Source of the DNA: Camelus ferus
Taxonomy: Eukaryota
Assembly: GCF_009834535.1 (NCBI RefSeq)
Contig: NC_045697.1
Span: 36,954,001 to 37,018,000, forward strand
Direction of reading: 5' to 3'
DNA: 64,000 bases
The position numbers and the translations under genes are program-made. The notes below the pieces were generated by a model. The model saw nothing but the letters and a program-made list of their open reading frames with translations. It had not been told where the DNA came from and did not search any database. Shown here one piece after another: positions 38,625 to 50,959 of this stretch (within the stretch, counting starts at the first letter, position 1; the number at the start of each line of letters is the position of its first letter).

Positions 38625-41600
38625 TGAAACAAAATCAAGGTTTTAAATTTGTGGTATTTGCTCTTCCCAGCTTCTCCTGTCTCTCTCACCTTCATATCTA
38701 GAGAAAGGCATGGGCAGGAAAAAAAAAGTATTCTGAGAATTTAGAGGGAAGTGTTGACTAGAACTTGGTAATGTGGGTCTCTTGGTTGAGGGAGTTTGTG
38801 GCTTTATATGATTTGTGTCACCGAAACTTCTACCAAGAAGAAATCTTTAGTCATGATGCCACATACTAGGTAGTACACTGCATCCTTCAAAATATCTCAC
38901 TTCCTCACAGTTAAATAGGATAAATCATTTCATTTAGAATGACACTGACAATCAATTACAGCCAACTCTTTTATTTAGCAGGTGAAGGGGAAAATCCTTA
39001 CCTAGTATATATTTTCTGTAGCAGTCCCCATGCCCCTTTTCCCCCTTCTTTATCTCTCTTAATATTAAAACCTGAATTATGTGAAGGAATTTGAATAGTC
39101 AGAATTGTTTTAGGAAGAGCAACAATCCATCAAACAGATTGGAAGCAGACACAGGAAAAGTGACAAATAATGCTGTAAGTGACCAGAAACAATACCGTTT
39201 TTGGTTATTCATCTAGTTGAAAAATTGGCTAGTTTTCACCACTGCCAAAAAGACAAAAGTTCAGGGATAGAGAATTATTGTGTCCAAAGACTTACATTCT
39301 CACTTTTCCAAAATAGCTCAGAGGTGCCTTTGGACTTTTGAGTCCGCCGCCCTGGTCTCCCTAACTTTAACCGAAATTGGCTCCCTTCTAGTCTCTCTTC
39401 CAAGGACCCTGCAGAGTTAATTCCTGCAAGCCTGGCTATGGAGAAGAATTACTCTGGCTCTGCCTTCAGCAAGGCAACCTGATTCTCTCCTAATCGCAGC
39501 CAGGTCTTATCCTCTAAGGGAGAGAGTGAAGCTGGAAACATGGAAACTAGGAGATCTCATTCCCTGCAAGCTGAGTCCCACAAATACTCACTGGTGTTAT
39601 TTCTGATTATTTTCTGTAAAGATGTCACCAAGAGGTTCAATCTATATAGGAACTGTTCACAACACACATAGACACACTTCTTCAGGTCTGATTTACTATA
39701 GGTCTGTAGGAACTGAAACCTCACCAGGTGGGGTTGAGGCTCTAGTGTTCGAATGAGGAGAAGGGAGGGAGGATGTGACTAGGTTCCCCTGGCCAGGGAC
39801 TCTCCCCCACCCCTCCCTCACGCACGCACACACACACTCCAGAGGCTCAGGAGAAGGAAAGTCCTCTTTCAGACTCTGAGACCTGTTGTCAACTCTCATT
39901 CGGCTGTTGGCCAGGGGCAGGCAGGGGGAGGAGATGCCGGATGGTGTCCTACAGAATAGTGTACTGCCGCTGCTTTGTGCAGTGACCTGGTCCTGGTCCT
40001 GCGTGGTGGTTTCATCTGACTCTCCTGCCCCGGGCCTGGGAGACTCAGGCCCTGGATCGATCTCAATCTCAATCTCCCCCTCTCTCCCCACCTCCCACAT
40101 CTGTCTCTCTCACAGCCTCAGGCCCCTCGCCCTGCCAGCTGTGAAGCAGAAGAGGTGCCGGCTTGCTGACTTTCCCAAAGATCCTGTCTCCCTCCTTGCA
40201 AATAAACTGGTCTCTCCAGGCACCAGTACAGGGGTGGGAGAAATGAGGTTTCTAAGCGCAAAGAATGAACATCTAAGGAAGAATTCCTTCGCAGGAAATA
40301 ATAAGAAGGTCAAAGAGCCTCAGCTGCAGCTCGCAGCTCTTCGTGCTCCTGCCCAAAGCAAAGCCTCATCTGTGAAGTGGACAGACACCCCCGTCCCCCC
40401 TCCCATCTACACCCAGCCTGGCCCCTCTGTCGGCCGGCGTTCGGGCCTGGTCCTCCCCAAGTCCCTGCCCAGCCAGGGACTTGGGGAGGGCCTCTGCGCC
40501 CTGCCTGACTGCCCCCATCCCACCCCAGGCCCTGCGCCCTGCCCCGGAGCAGGGAACCACCCACTTGCCACATCTGATGCTGCACCCAGCTCCACCTTCC
40601 TGCAAGGGAGACTTGGAGCCAGTCCTCCTTGCCTGGTTTTGGGCTGCATGCATGGTCTCAGGCCCTCTCGCTCCTGCCTTTGGGGAAATTTTTTAGGAAA
40701 GACAATAAACACTGGATTTCCTGACCAGAGGCAAAAAAGATTCAGGCAGAAGTTGGACATTATCCAAAGAAAGGTCCTCCAGGATTCCCAGGCAGGTCCT
40801 TCTTGTTCTAAGACATTTGAGCCGAGTGGATCTTCTTGTCACTTTCAGAGTGGATCACGAGGTCTACTTGTCTACTATCTTACACCTCCCCAACACCCCC
40901 CCCCCAACAGTTGATGTTTTTGAGGTTTGTGAATAAGGCTTTGGGGATCTGTCTAATTTTAGATTAAGAACACCTAAGCCAACACTCAGACACACAAATA
41001 CTCTGCTAAACAGTCTTGATATCAAACACCCTAAAAGAAGTGTCCCCAGATTTACTCGAGAGGAATGTCTGAGATGTGTGGGGTCACATTTGACTGTTTT
41101 TCTACCTGGGAAGCACTAGATGGCTAGCTAGCTTTTCAACAAGCCCCACTTGAAACACTGAACTCTGTTCCCCAAAACATGGACTCTTAGAAGGTCTATA
41201 CACACATAATGGAAAGAGAGAAAGAGAATGAAAATAAGAATTGGAAATCAGAACCTTGTTCCACTAAGAGAAAATAAGTGAGCAGCAGGAGCCTTTAGCA
41301 TGGATGAATCCACCTCTTTAAACAGGAAAAACTGAGGGTTAGGGGGGTGTGGACAGCGGGAAGAATGACCACCTGCCGTTGTGTCCTGAACCACTCCAGA
41401 CATTCCTAGGAAAGAAGAGGAGCAGAGACCTTTCCCCTTCACCCTCCCACTCAGTGACCAACACAAGCCCAAGGCCAATGGCCTAACAATGATAGTGGCG
41501 CTCAGCAAGGCTTCTGGATTGCAAACCATGCCCAGGGCAGAAGCGGCCCAGCAGCTCATCCCTGGGGTGTTCAGGGCCCAGGTGATAGAGACACTGGGGA

Positions 41601-43554
41601 TGGTGGACATCACTCCCTCTCCTTATTCTGAAGTGGTCTGAAGTGATCATCATAGTTTAGTCCCCCTGCCCCCACCCCCAAACACATCCCCCTAAAGATA
41701 ACCAAAGATATTTTAGGGGACACAAAAAGGGATGAGGAGATGTGAAGTCTTTGATTTCTTGCATCCTCCTTCCTTTCCTCACTCCCACTCCTCACCAGTG
41801 CTGTCCAGTTTTATCTAATCAGGATTAGAAGTGCAGTTTGCTTGTCCCACACTGACTGTGGTCAGAGAATTGCCAGAAAGCTGATTACTCCAACTAAAGG
41901 TGGTCACAGAGGGCAGCAGGGTCTGTGTGTTTCTGTGTGTTTCTGTGTGTATATGGACATATGCATATGTGTGTGTGGGTGTGGGGGAACTCTATTGGTG
42001 GTGGTCATATATGTGGAAAGAGAAGTTTTGTTTTGTTTTGCTTCCCACTTCTATCTTTCCTGCAGTTTCCACTCATTTTTCATGATACTGCTTGGGAGAT
42101 TTCTTTGAGGGAGATGGGAAGATGCTGAGCTGGGCTAGGGGGAGGAGAAAAAAGCTGACCATCCAGGGAAGACTACAGACAGCTCTAGGCAAGACCTCAG
42201 GTCCAGCCCTAGCTATGTAAGATAAAGGGGAAGAATGATACTCCTAATAGGACCTATTTGCTAGACGAAATTGGGTTTAAAGGAGCAATCACTGCTTTAA
42301 AAGGAGCTCCTCCCATCCTCTCCAAACACAGCCTAAAGCTATCCTAGACTGAATGCAGCTCAGTGCATCAAAGCAATTGCTCCTTTATTATTCACAGGGA
42401 ATCTTTGAATGTACCTGTTAAGGTGACAGACCTCTTAAAAGGGAACATTTTTCCATGCAATTAAATGGTGCATTTACTAGGCTTCTATTAACATAATTTA
42501 ATATAAATCTATTTCATAAATCTTTAGGCTTACATTACTGAAAATTGAGCTGCTCTGAAAAAAAAAAATACCCACGTCTCTTCCTTAAATTAAATAGAAT
42601 AGAATCCAAAAACTTGCTATTCTAAGCCAGCTTGGAAATATTAAAAGTAGAGGAATCTTTTGTATTGTCTTTTGTTAATGGTAGAGATATGAAGAAAAGA
42701 GTCAGCTTGTTTCACAGAAGATGAGGAATTCCACAGAAACTCCGGGCTCCCCATCCAAGGCCCTGGCACTAGGAGTGGGTAACAAAGGTTGGAACTGGGA
42801 AGGAGCAAAGAAAACAGAACTTAAAGAGATCTCTTAGGAACAGAGTTGAATCAGAGCTCCAGTGAAGAAACAGAACCCTGACTCACATTTGGAAGCAATG
42901 TTCTGGGAGAGAAAATCCAAAGCCTGTGAGTCCTCACAGTCCTGTAAGCTACTCCACATGGAGGGAGATACCCTGGTCTGTTCCCACAGCTGGACTTCTT
43001 CTTCTCAAGTGCACTCTCCAAAAGCCTGGGCATCCCACTGTTTCTAAAAACAGTGTTCTGTGTGCCCTTATATTGATGTCAATGCCTGCCCTTCTGCACT
43101 GGGCATTGCTTTTCTTCAAGCCCAGCCCTATATTTCCCTAAACCCTTGTCCTACCTTTGTTGAGTCTTCTAAATCCCAAACTCAGGAAGGCCCCAGGGGC
43201 TCCTCTGAGTGAATCCCAACAGATCGGAAGTGTGTGCTGTGTGCTTAGGAAAGTAACTAGTTTCAGATTAATGAAGCAGTGACAATTTCAATCTGCTTAA
43301 AGGCGGAGGTTGGCACTGCCCAGGCCTGAGCGTGGGGAGCTCGCCAGGCTGGGCTTTATATTGTCCGCTTTTCTGAAGAGCAGACAAAGATGGATAGAGA
43401 GACATTGAAAAGCAGGGGGCGTATTTCAAACAGCCCCATAAAGAGGGCTGTCACTTTAAGACAAGAACCATAGTGCTTTGATGACTTTGTATTAGCTGCC
43501 CCATTTCAAATAAGAAACTCAAGTCTCTAGTGAGAGGGAGGAAAAAGGGGACTG

Positions 43555-43625
43555 GGAGAGGGAGAGCGAGAGAGAGAGGCAGAGGCGGGAGAGAGAGAGA
43601 GAGAGGGAGAGGCAGAGACAGAGAA
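43555..43625. repeat. (GA)-rich simple repeat
   Basis: Seen directly. Confidence 0.85.
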
Positions 43626-45179
43626 TGCAGCGGGTCTCATTCTTAGGCACTCACTATTTGGTTTCTGAAGTTCAGGGAGAAACAAGCCACAGCAGGTGCA
43701 GAGAAAACAGGCAGGTGGGAGCTACTCCCTATGGGAAAGAGCTCCCTGCCCATGGGCGGCAGCCGGCTCCGAGGATCTGAAGCCAGCTTGGCCTCAGTTT
43801 GCTGGGAAGGGCTCAAGAGGGACGTGCAGCTCTGCTGGCCCCAGACCGCTGAGGATTATAATGGAAATTTTTGAGAGCGTGAAAAAGAAATAATAGGAAG
43901 GAGGGGGAGGGCAGGCTTTTGGAGTCCACCTTCACAAAGCCTAATTTAAATTGTTTGGGGTCAAGCAGCAGCAAGCCACCTCCTCCCTTTCCTCCTTAAT
44001 TAATTAATGACCACGATTAATTATTAGGGTCTTGCATCTCAAGACTTCAAAATGTCTTCCCCCAGGGGCTGATGAGTTGCTTGAGCCAGACACGTGGTTC
44101 TAATTTAGGAGAAGAAAGTTGAATGTTGGCAGTGTTGTCAGTCTGTCTCCTGTCTGCTTCTCTCTTGGTCTCTCTTTGCCTATGCTCTTTTCGCCCTCTT
44201 GGACTCTTTTTACCTTGGTGTCTGTCTCTGTCTCTTTATCTCTCTCTCTCTCCTCTTTGTTCTCCAGGCCCCTCTCCTCAACCTCCTCCAGTCTCCCGAT
44301 TCTGGTTCAACCCTCTCAACTCCAAGGACCCCAGCTGTCCGAGAAGAGGGGAGGATGCGGGCACCTCGGAATCTCGTCGTCTAGTCAGTGGCCGGAAGTG
44401 AAGGGACAGCAGTATAATCTCACCGGCTGGATACACAGGTTATTGACAGTTTAGATTTTTTTTTTTTCCTGCTAAAGAAACCTTTTTTAAGGACACAAGA
44501 GCCGGGAGCAGGAGATCGCGCTGGCTCTGAAGGCCGGCGAAAGGGCTCCCCCGACAGTGGCGCTGGAGGGAGAAGCGTTTAGTCACTGTTTCATTAGGCA
44601 CTATTTGAACCTTGCAACGTGGTAATTTCTGGGGCAAGCTGAAAAGGGGGGATTATGTAGGAGGGACACAAGGAAATTAGCGAACGGTTAATTTAACTCA
44701 GTTTTCTGCTAGACTTTTCGATACATTCCTAATTGACTGAGGGGCAGGTGAAGCTCCCGCCCCATGCAGGCTCATTCACGGTGGGAATAAATGGTTCTTT
44801 TTCAACTCACACTGCTCACAATATATCATCAAGGAAAAGACATGCAATGAATATGTTGATTTTTTTATTAATGGAATTACACCCTGCCATGCAGGTGTGA
44901 GGGTAAAAACCTATACTGCAATGAAGTAAGATTAACAATGAAATTAGAATTTTATTAGCTTTATATGTCACATAGACCTGGATTTGAACTGTCAAAACAA
45001 GCAACAAGAAAAGATATTCTGAAGGCAGCCCTGCCAATCAACTAGGAGAAATGTTACAGTGTCTATCCAAATCACACTCAGCTTCAGTTCCTTTAACATT
45101 TCCCTTGGGCCTTAATGCTGGTGGCAAATGGGCAGAGGGCCTCCCATGGTCTCTGGACCTGCAGGTAGAAGCTGAAAAC

Positions 45180-46010
45180 ACCACTTGGGCTCCGGAGGCC
45201 CCGCCTAAAGCAGGCCCCAGCCCAAGGTAGAGGGGCCAGGATGGGAGGTCAGCCAGAAGGGCCTTAGGCTTCGCATCCTCTAAATCTGCTGCTGCCCAGG
45301 CTGGCCGTGACCCGAGCAAATGAAGAGAAAAGTCAGGGTGCGGGCTGGAGGCAGAGTAGGGCGTCCCTTGGAAACCGCAGTGGGTTTTGTTACCCCGGGG
45401 TCCCAGGGAGCTTCCGCACTGCTACCTGGGTCTGGCAGGCGCAGAGGTGCCCTATGCAAATGGTTCACTATTAGGCGAGAAAGAAATACTTCAAATGGCC
45501 CTTTGTAACCTTCTATAGAAAATCGAGGTACTCTGCATGACAAAGCACAATTAAGCTTTCTATTCAGGAGTTCTGCAGCTGGTAGCCCATTGGGAAAGTG
45601 GGAGGAAACTCGAATATATTAATAGTGTGGCAAAAGTTTTTTTGTGTGCGTGTCCTTTTCTGGGTCGGCGGTGGGGAGGGGCGGTGGGTGGACCCGGAGG
45701 GGAAGAAGGCTCCGCCTTGGATCCCTGCCACCTGAACAACCTCGCCTCTGCCCACGTGGAGAGCCCTGCTGGTCTGGTAGTCAGGGCATTCTACAAGGTC
45801 GCGGCGACCCCCGCGCGCAGAACTGGGATGGGCGGACCCTGCAGGCACCAGCGCCAGGGCGGGGCGGGACGCCTGCCCTAGCCTAGCCTCCTCGTCCTCC
45901 GAAAGCTGGGCTGAGACCCGGCGCCCGACTGTTCTTGGTTCCCCCGCTCAGGATGGGAGGCTCCCCAGCCCCGTGCTTCGCCCAGACGCCCGGGCAGGTG
46001 GTGCACACTG
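45180..46010. promoter_or_regulatory. CpG-rich element 3' of GSX2
   Basis: Elevated CpG, GC boxes and a perfect octamer ATGCAAAT at 45454-45461. Confidence 0.5.
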
Positions 46011-47194
46011 GAGCTCAGCAGGGGAATGCTGCGGTGGGAAAAGAGACATGGGAAGAGCAGAGCCAGATTTTCTGTTCAGCTCCAATTTTCTCCCATAGTT
46101 GAAGTTCACTTCCTAACCATTTATTTTTACAGACCTCAGGGAGAATTTTTTGCTACTTAAAGTAAGAATGGCCCTTAGCCAACTGTGCTGGTTATTCTCC
46201 ATTTGCCGGTCTAGATCCACCTCCACCTTCCTCTGTCTTGCCGGGTGCCAGCAGACACTGGCCGCTGTGGATTGTATTACATCCTCTATTAACTGCATCA
46301 CCTGCAGCCTCTTGCCTCTGGCTTCCATTTGGGCTTGGTGAATGAGTGGCACTGCATAATCACAGAACAACCTGATGCGAGAGAAGCGGAGGTATACTGA
46401 TTGTGTCTGGGGATGCTGCATTGGCCCAGTTCTGCAGTTGCTGCTACTTTCCAGAGATTCCCATTCTGAGAGCCTCTTTGCCAAGGCTCAAGCTCTTAAT
46501 CAGGCTCCTCCTGCACCTTCATGAAAAACGGTGGCAGTATCTTCCAGTTTCTACTGGTCCCATAGGTTCATCAAAATTCTTGTTAGTTCCCTCAGCCCTG
46601 CACATGCCTATACAAATAGTCATTTTGTTGAAAAATTCTTCAAAAATCCCAGCTTAAAGCGGTTGCCTAGTGGCTGCCCAGCCATGTTATGCTTCAGTCA
46701 ATCTCTTCTCTAACAGCCAGGTCAATTGTCTCCTCACCTTCGCTGGGACGTCTCTTAATGAGAGGAGTTGTCTCAGCCCATTCTGTTTTCGACAGCTTCG
46801 ACTATTAGGAACATTTATTTGTGTTGTATCAGAATCTTCCTTTGGTAATTTCTATCCATGGGTCCTACCTAGTTCTTTCGTCATAGGACTTCTAGGTGTC
46901 TGCCTTCTTTCCTATTCCCAACTGCAACCTCCTTTATGACAGCAACTGCATCTTTCATCTCTACATCCTCATCAACACATCACAATGCCTAGTACATAGT
47001 AGATGCCCCCAAAATACTCACTGGATCAATGCATCATTCTGCTTCCAAGCCTCCACCAGTTGCCTCAAACATGGAGGTTAGAAACAGCTATATTTCATTG
47101 TAGCTATATGTACATACAAATAACAAATATATATGAAAAATATATATACATACATAGACTAAATATCCTATATATAGAGTAAATATAGATAGGA

Positions 47195-47795
47195 TATAGA
47201 GAAGGTTCTAGAATCAGTCTTCATGCTCTACTGTTTACTAGCAGTGTGACCTTGGGCAATTCACTTAACCTCTCTTCTATTTTCCTCACTTGTAATATGG
47301 GGGTAATTAATAAGTATCTCCCTCATAGGGTGATGAGGACTAAATAAGGAAATACACATAAAGATAGATATTTAGTTAAGTTAGAGAAGGTCTAACTGAA
47401 AAAAAACTTTGAAATAAAGACCTGAAGGGAGTGTGAGTCCTGACCATGTGACTTGCTGGGGCAAGAGATTTCCAAACAGATGTAAAGAATTCCAAGCAAA
47501 CGCCTAGGTGGGAAGATGCCTGAAATTGTTGAGAAATAATGAAGAGGCAGAGTGGCTAGAGTAGAGTGAGGGTGTATGTGTGTGTGTTTGGGGAGGGGTG
47601 GGAGGGACAGAGTGATGATGGGGTGGGACCCATAGGTCAGAGTGAGGACTTGGGCTTTTATTTTTAGTTAACTGGGAAGCTTTTGGAGGATTTGAGCAGA
47701 GGAGTGATGTGGTATGACTTATGAGTAATCTGGATGAATTTGGCTATGTTAAAGAAGCAGAGAAGTTAAGATGCTGTTAAATAAAGCCAGGTAAG
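47195..47795. mobile_element. MIR followed by an L2 fragment
   Basis: 'ttactagcagtgtgaccttgggcaattcacttaacctctc' (MIR) and 'aagacctgaagggagtg...gggaagcttttggaggatttgagcagaggagtgat' (L2). Confidence 0.65.
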
Positions 47796-47804
47796 AGATG
47801 ACCG

Positions 47805-47998
47805 TGTCCTCACATGGTAGAAGGGATGAAGGGAGCTTTTGGGCATATCTTTTATAAGGTCACTAATGCCATTCATGAGGGTTCTGCCATCATGACTTAA
47901 TCACCTCCCAAAGAACTCCACCATGTAATACCATCATATTGGGTTTTGGGATCTTAACATATGAATTTGTGGGGTATGCAAAATTCAGTCTATAGCAT
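47805..47998 (-). mobile_element. MLT1A-like LTR fragment
   Basis: 'cattcatgagggttctgccatcatgacttaatcacctccc...ttcagtctatagca'; same family as the 9876-10059 copy. Confidence 0.75.
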
Positions 47999-48087
47999 CA
48001 TGCCTGAATAAAGCTCACCTCACACACATAGGGCACGTCACAATCTTCTTGCACTTAGGAACACTAAATAGCAGTTTAGCACTAGGG

Positions 48088-49315
48088 TTTTTTTGTTTTG
48101 TTTTGTTTTGTTTTAATTGTGGTGAAATATACATGACATAAAATTTAGCATTTTAATTATTTTTAAGTGTATGGTTCAGCGGCATTAGGAACTTACACAT
48201 TGTTGTGCAACTATCATCACCATCATTACTCCCCAGAACATTTTCATTTTCCCAAACTGAAACTCCATGCCCATTAAACAATAATTTTCCAATCCACTGC
48301 TCCTCAGCCCTGGCAACCATTATTCTCCTTTCTGTTTCTATGAATTTGACTCCTCCTGGTACCTCATATAATAAAATCATACAATATGTGTCCTTTTGTC
48401 ACTAACCTATTTCACTGAAAACAAGGTTTCCAACATTCATCCATGCTGTAGCTTATGTCAGAACATCTTTCCTTTTTAAAGCTGAATAACACTTCATTAT
48501 ACGTATACACCACATTTTGTTTATCGATTTCTCTATTAATGGACATCTGGGTTGTCTCCACCTTTGTCTATTGTGAATAACGCTGTCATGAATGCAGGTA
48601 CAAAAAAATCTCTTTGAGTTCCCTGCTTTCACTTCTTTTGGTATATACCCAGGAATGGAATTGGTGTATCATATGGTAATTTTATGCCTAATTTTTTTTC
48701 AGAATTGCCACACTGTTTTCCACAGCAGTTACACCATTTTATATTCCCACCAGCAATGTAGAAGGGTTCCGATTTCTCCATACCCTTAATAACACTTGGA
48801 TTTTGTTTTTGTTTTTGCTTTTTGATATAAGCATCCTAAAAGATGTATAGTGGTATCTTATTGTGGCTTTGATTTGATTTTTTTTCCTGATGATTAATGA
48901 TTTTGAGTACCTTTCACGTGTTTATTGGCCTTTTGTATATTTTCTTTGGAGAAATGTCTGTTTAAAACCTTTGCCTATTTATTAATCAGATTATTTTGTT
49001 GTTATTGAGTTCTAAGAGTTCTCTCTATATTCTGGGTATCATTCTCTTATCAAATATATGATTTACAAATATTTTCTCCCATTTCTATGGGTTGCCTTTT
49101 CACTCTGTTGATAATGTCGTTTGATACAAAAAGTTTTTAGTTTTGATGAAGTCCAACTTAATTTTTTTCTTTTGCTGCCTGTGTTTTTGCTGCTATATGC
49201 AAATAATCACTGCCAAATCCAATGTTATGAAGGTTTCCTGCTATGTTTTCTTCTAAGAGTTTTACAGTTTAAGCTCTTATATTTGGGTTTTTAATCCACT
49301 TTGAGTTTATTTATT
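48088..49315 (-). mobile_element. L1 (L1MB-like) 3' UTR plus degenerate ORF2 end
   Basis: T-rich tail then 'aattgtggtgaaatatacatgacataaaattta', followed by typical antisense L1 sequence. Confidence 0.85.
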
Positions 49316-49319
49316 CTTA

Positions 49320-50955
49320 AAATAATTTTAAAATTTTAATTGAAAAACACATAAAAATTACCACCTTAACCATTTTCAAGTATATAGTCCAATAGTTCAT
49401 ATATATTTGCACTGTTGTGTTACCGATCTCCAGAACTTTTTTGTCTTATGGTACTTGGTAACCACCATTCTACTATCTGTGTCAGTGAATTTGACTACTT
49501 TAGATATCTCATATGAGTGGAATCACATAGTGTTTGTTCTTTTGTGTCTGGCTTATTTCACGTAGCATAATGTTTTCAAGGTTCATCTGAGTTGTAGCAT
49601 GTGACAGCATTTCCATTTTTAAGACTGCATAGTATTTCGTTGTGTTTATATACCACATTTTGTTTATCAGCTCATCCACTGATGGACATTTGGGTTGCTT
49701 CCACCTTTTGGCTATTGTGAATAGTACTGTTCTGAACATGGGTGTACAAATATCTTTTTGAGATCCAGCTTTAGATTATTTTGGATTATACCTAGAAGTG
49801 GGATCACTGGATCACATGGTAGTTCTATTTCTAATTTTTTTGAGGAAACACTGTAGTGTTTTTCATAGTGGTTGTTCCATTTTTCAATCCTCCCAACAAT
49901 ACAAAATGGTCCAGCTTCTCCACATCCCTGCCAATACTTGTTATTTTCTGTGGCTTTTTTTTTTTTTTTTTGGTATTATCTATCCTAATGGTATAAAGTA
50001 ATATCTCATTATGAGTTTGATTTGCATTTCTGTGGTGATTAGTGATACTGAGCATCTTTTCATAGTCTTGTTGGCCATTTGTGTATCTTCTTTGGAGAAG
50101 TGTCTATTCAATTTCTTTGCCCATTTTCTCATTGGGTTATTTGATTTTTTTTTGTTGTTTAGTTGTAGGAGTTCTTTATTTATTCTGGATATTAACCCTT
50201 TATTAGGTTATGATTTGCAAATATTTTCTCCCATTCTGTAGGTTGCCTTCCATTCTGTTAATTCTGTCCTTTGATGCACAAAAGTTTAAACTTTTGATTT
50301 GTCCCAGTTGTCTATTTTCTTCTTCTGTTGCTTGTGCTTTTGGTGTCACATTCAAGAAATTGTCAAGTTCAATGTCATGAAGATTTTCCCCTGTGTTTTC
50401 TTCAAGGAGTTTTATATTTTTAGGTCTTACATTGAGGTATTTAATTTATTTAGAGTTAAAGTTTGTTTATGGTATAAATAAGAATCCAGCTTTCTTTTTT
50501 TGTACTTGAATAGTCACTGTCCTTTCTCCATCGAATGCTCTTGGCACCCTTGTTGAAAATTATTTGACATTTATTTCTGGGTAATTTATTCTATTCCATT
50601 GATCTATATGTCTGTCTGTATGCCAGTACCATTTTTTTTTAACACCATAGCTTTGAAGTTAAGTTTTGTAATCAGAAAGTGTGACATCTCCAACTTTATC
50701 CTTCTTTTTCAAGATTGTTTTGGCAATTTGTGGGTCTCGAGATTTTATGTGAATTTTAGGATGAATTTTTTTATCTCTGCAAAAAAATGTCATTGGGATT
50801 TGGACAGGAGTCACATTGAATTTATAGATTGTTTTGAGTGATATACACATCTTAACAATACTAAGTCTTCCAATCCAGAAACATGAGGTGTTGCTTCATT
50901 TATTTGTGCTGTTAATTTCTTTCAGCAATGTTTTGTAGTTTTCAGTATATACAAG
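49320..50955 (-). mobile_element. Second L1 (L1MB-like) copy with ORF2 remnants
   Basis: A new 3' end begins at ~49330. Minus-strand ORF fragments (LFTIAKRWKQPKCPSVDE; IYKFNVTPVQIPMTFF) resemble the L1 ORF2 C-terminus. Confidence 0.85.
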
Positions 50956-50959
50956 TTTT

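Noticed and set aside
49509..50850. L1 ORF2-like peptides as genes
   Set aside because: Short, interrupted remnants of dead L1 copies.
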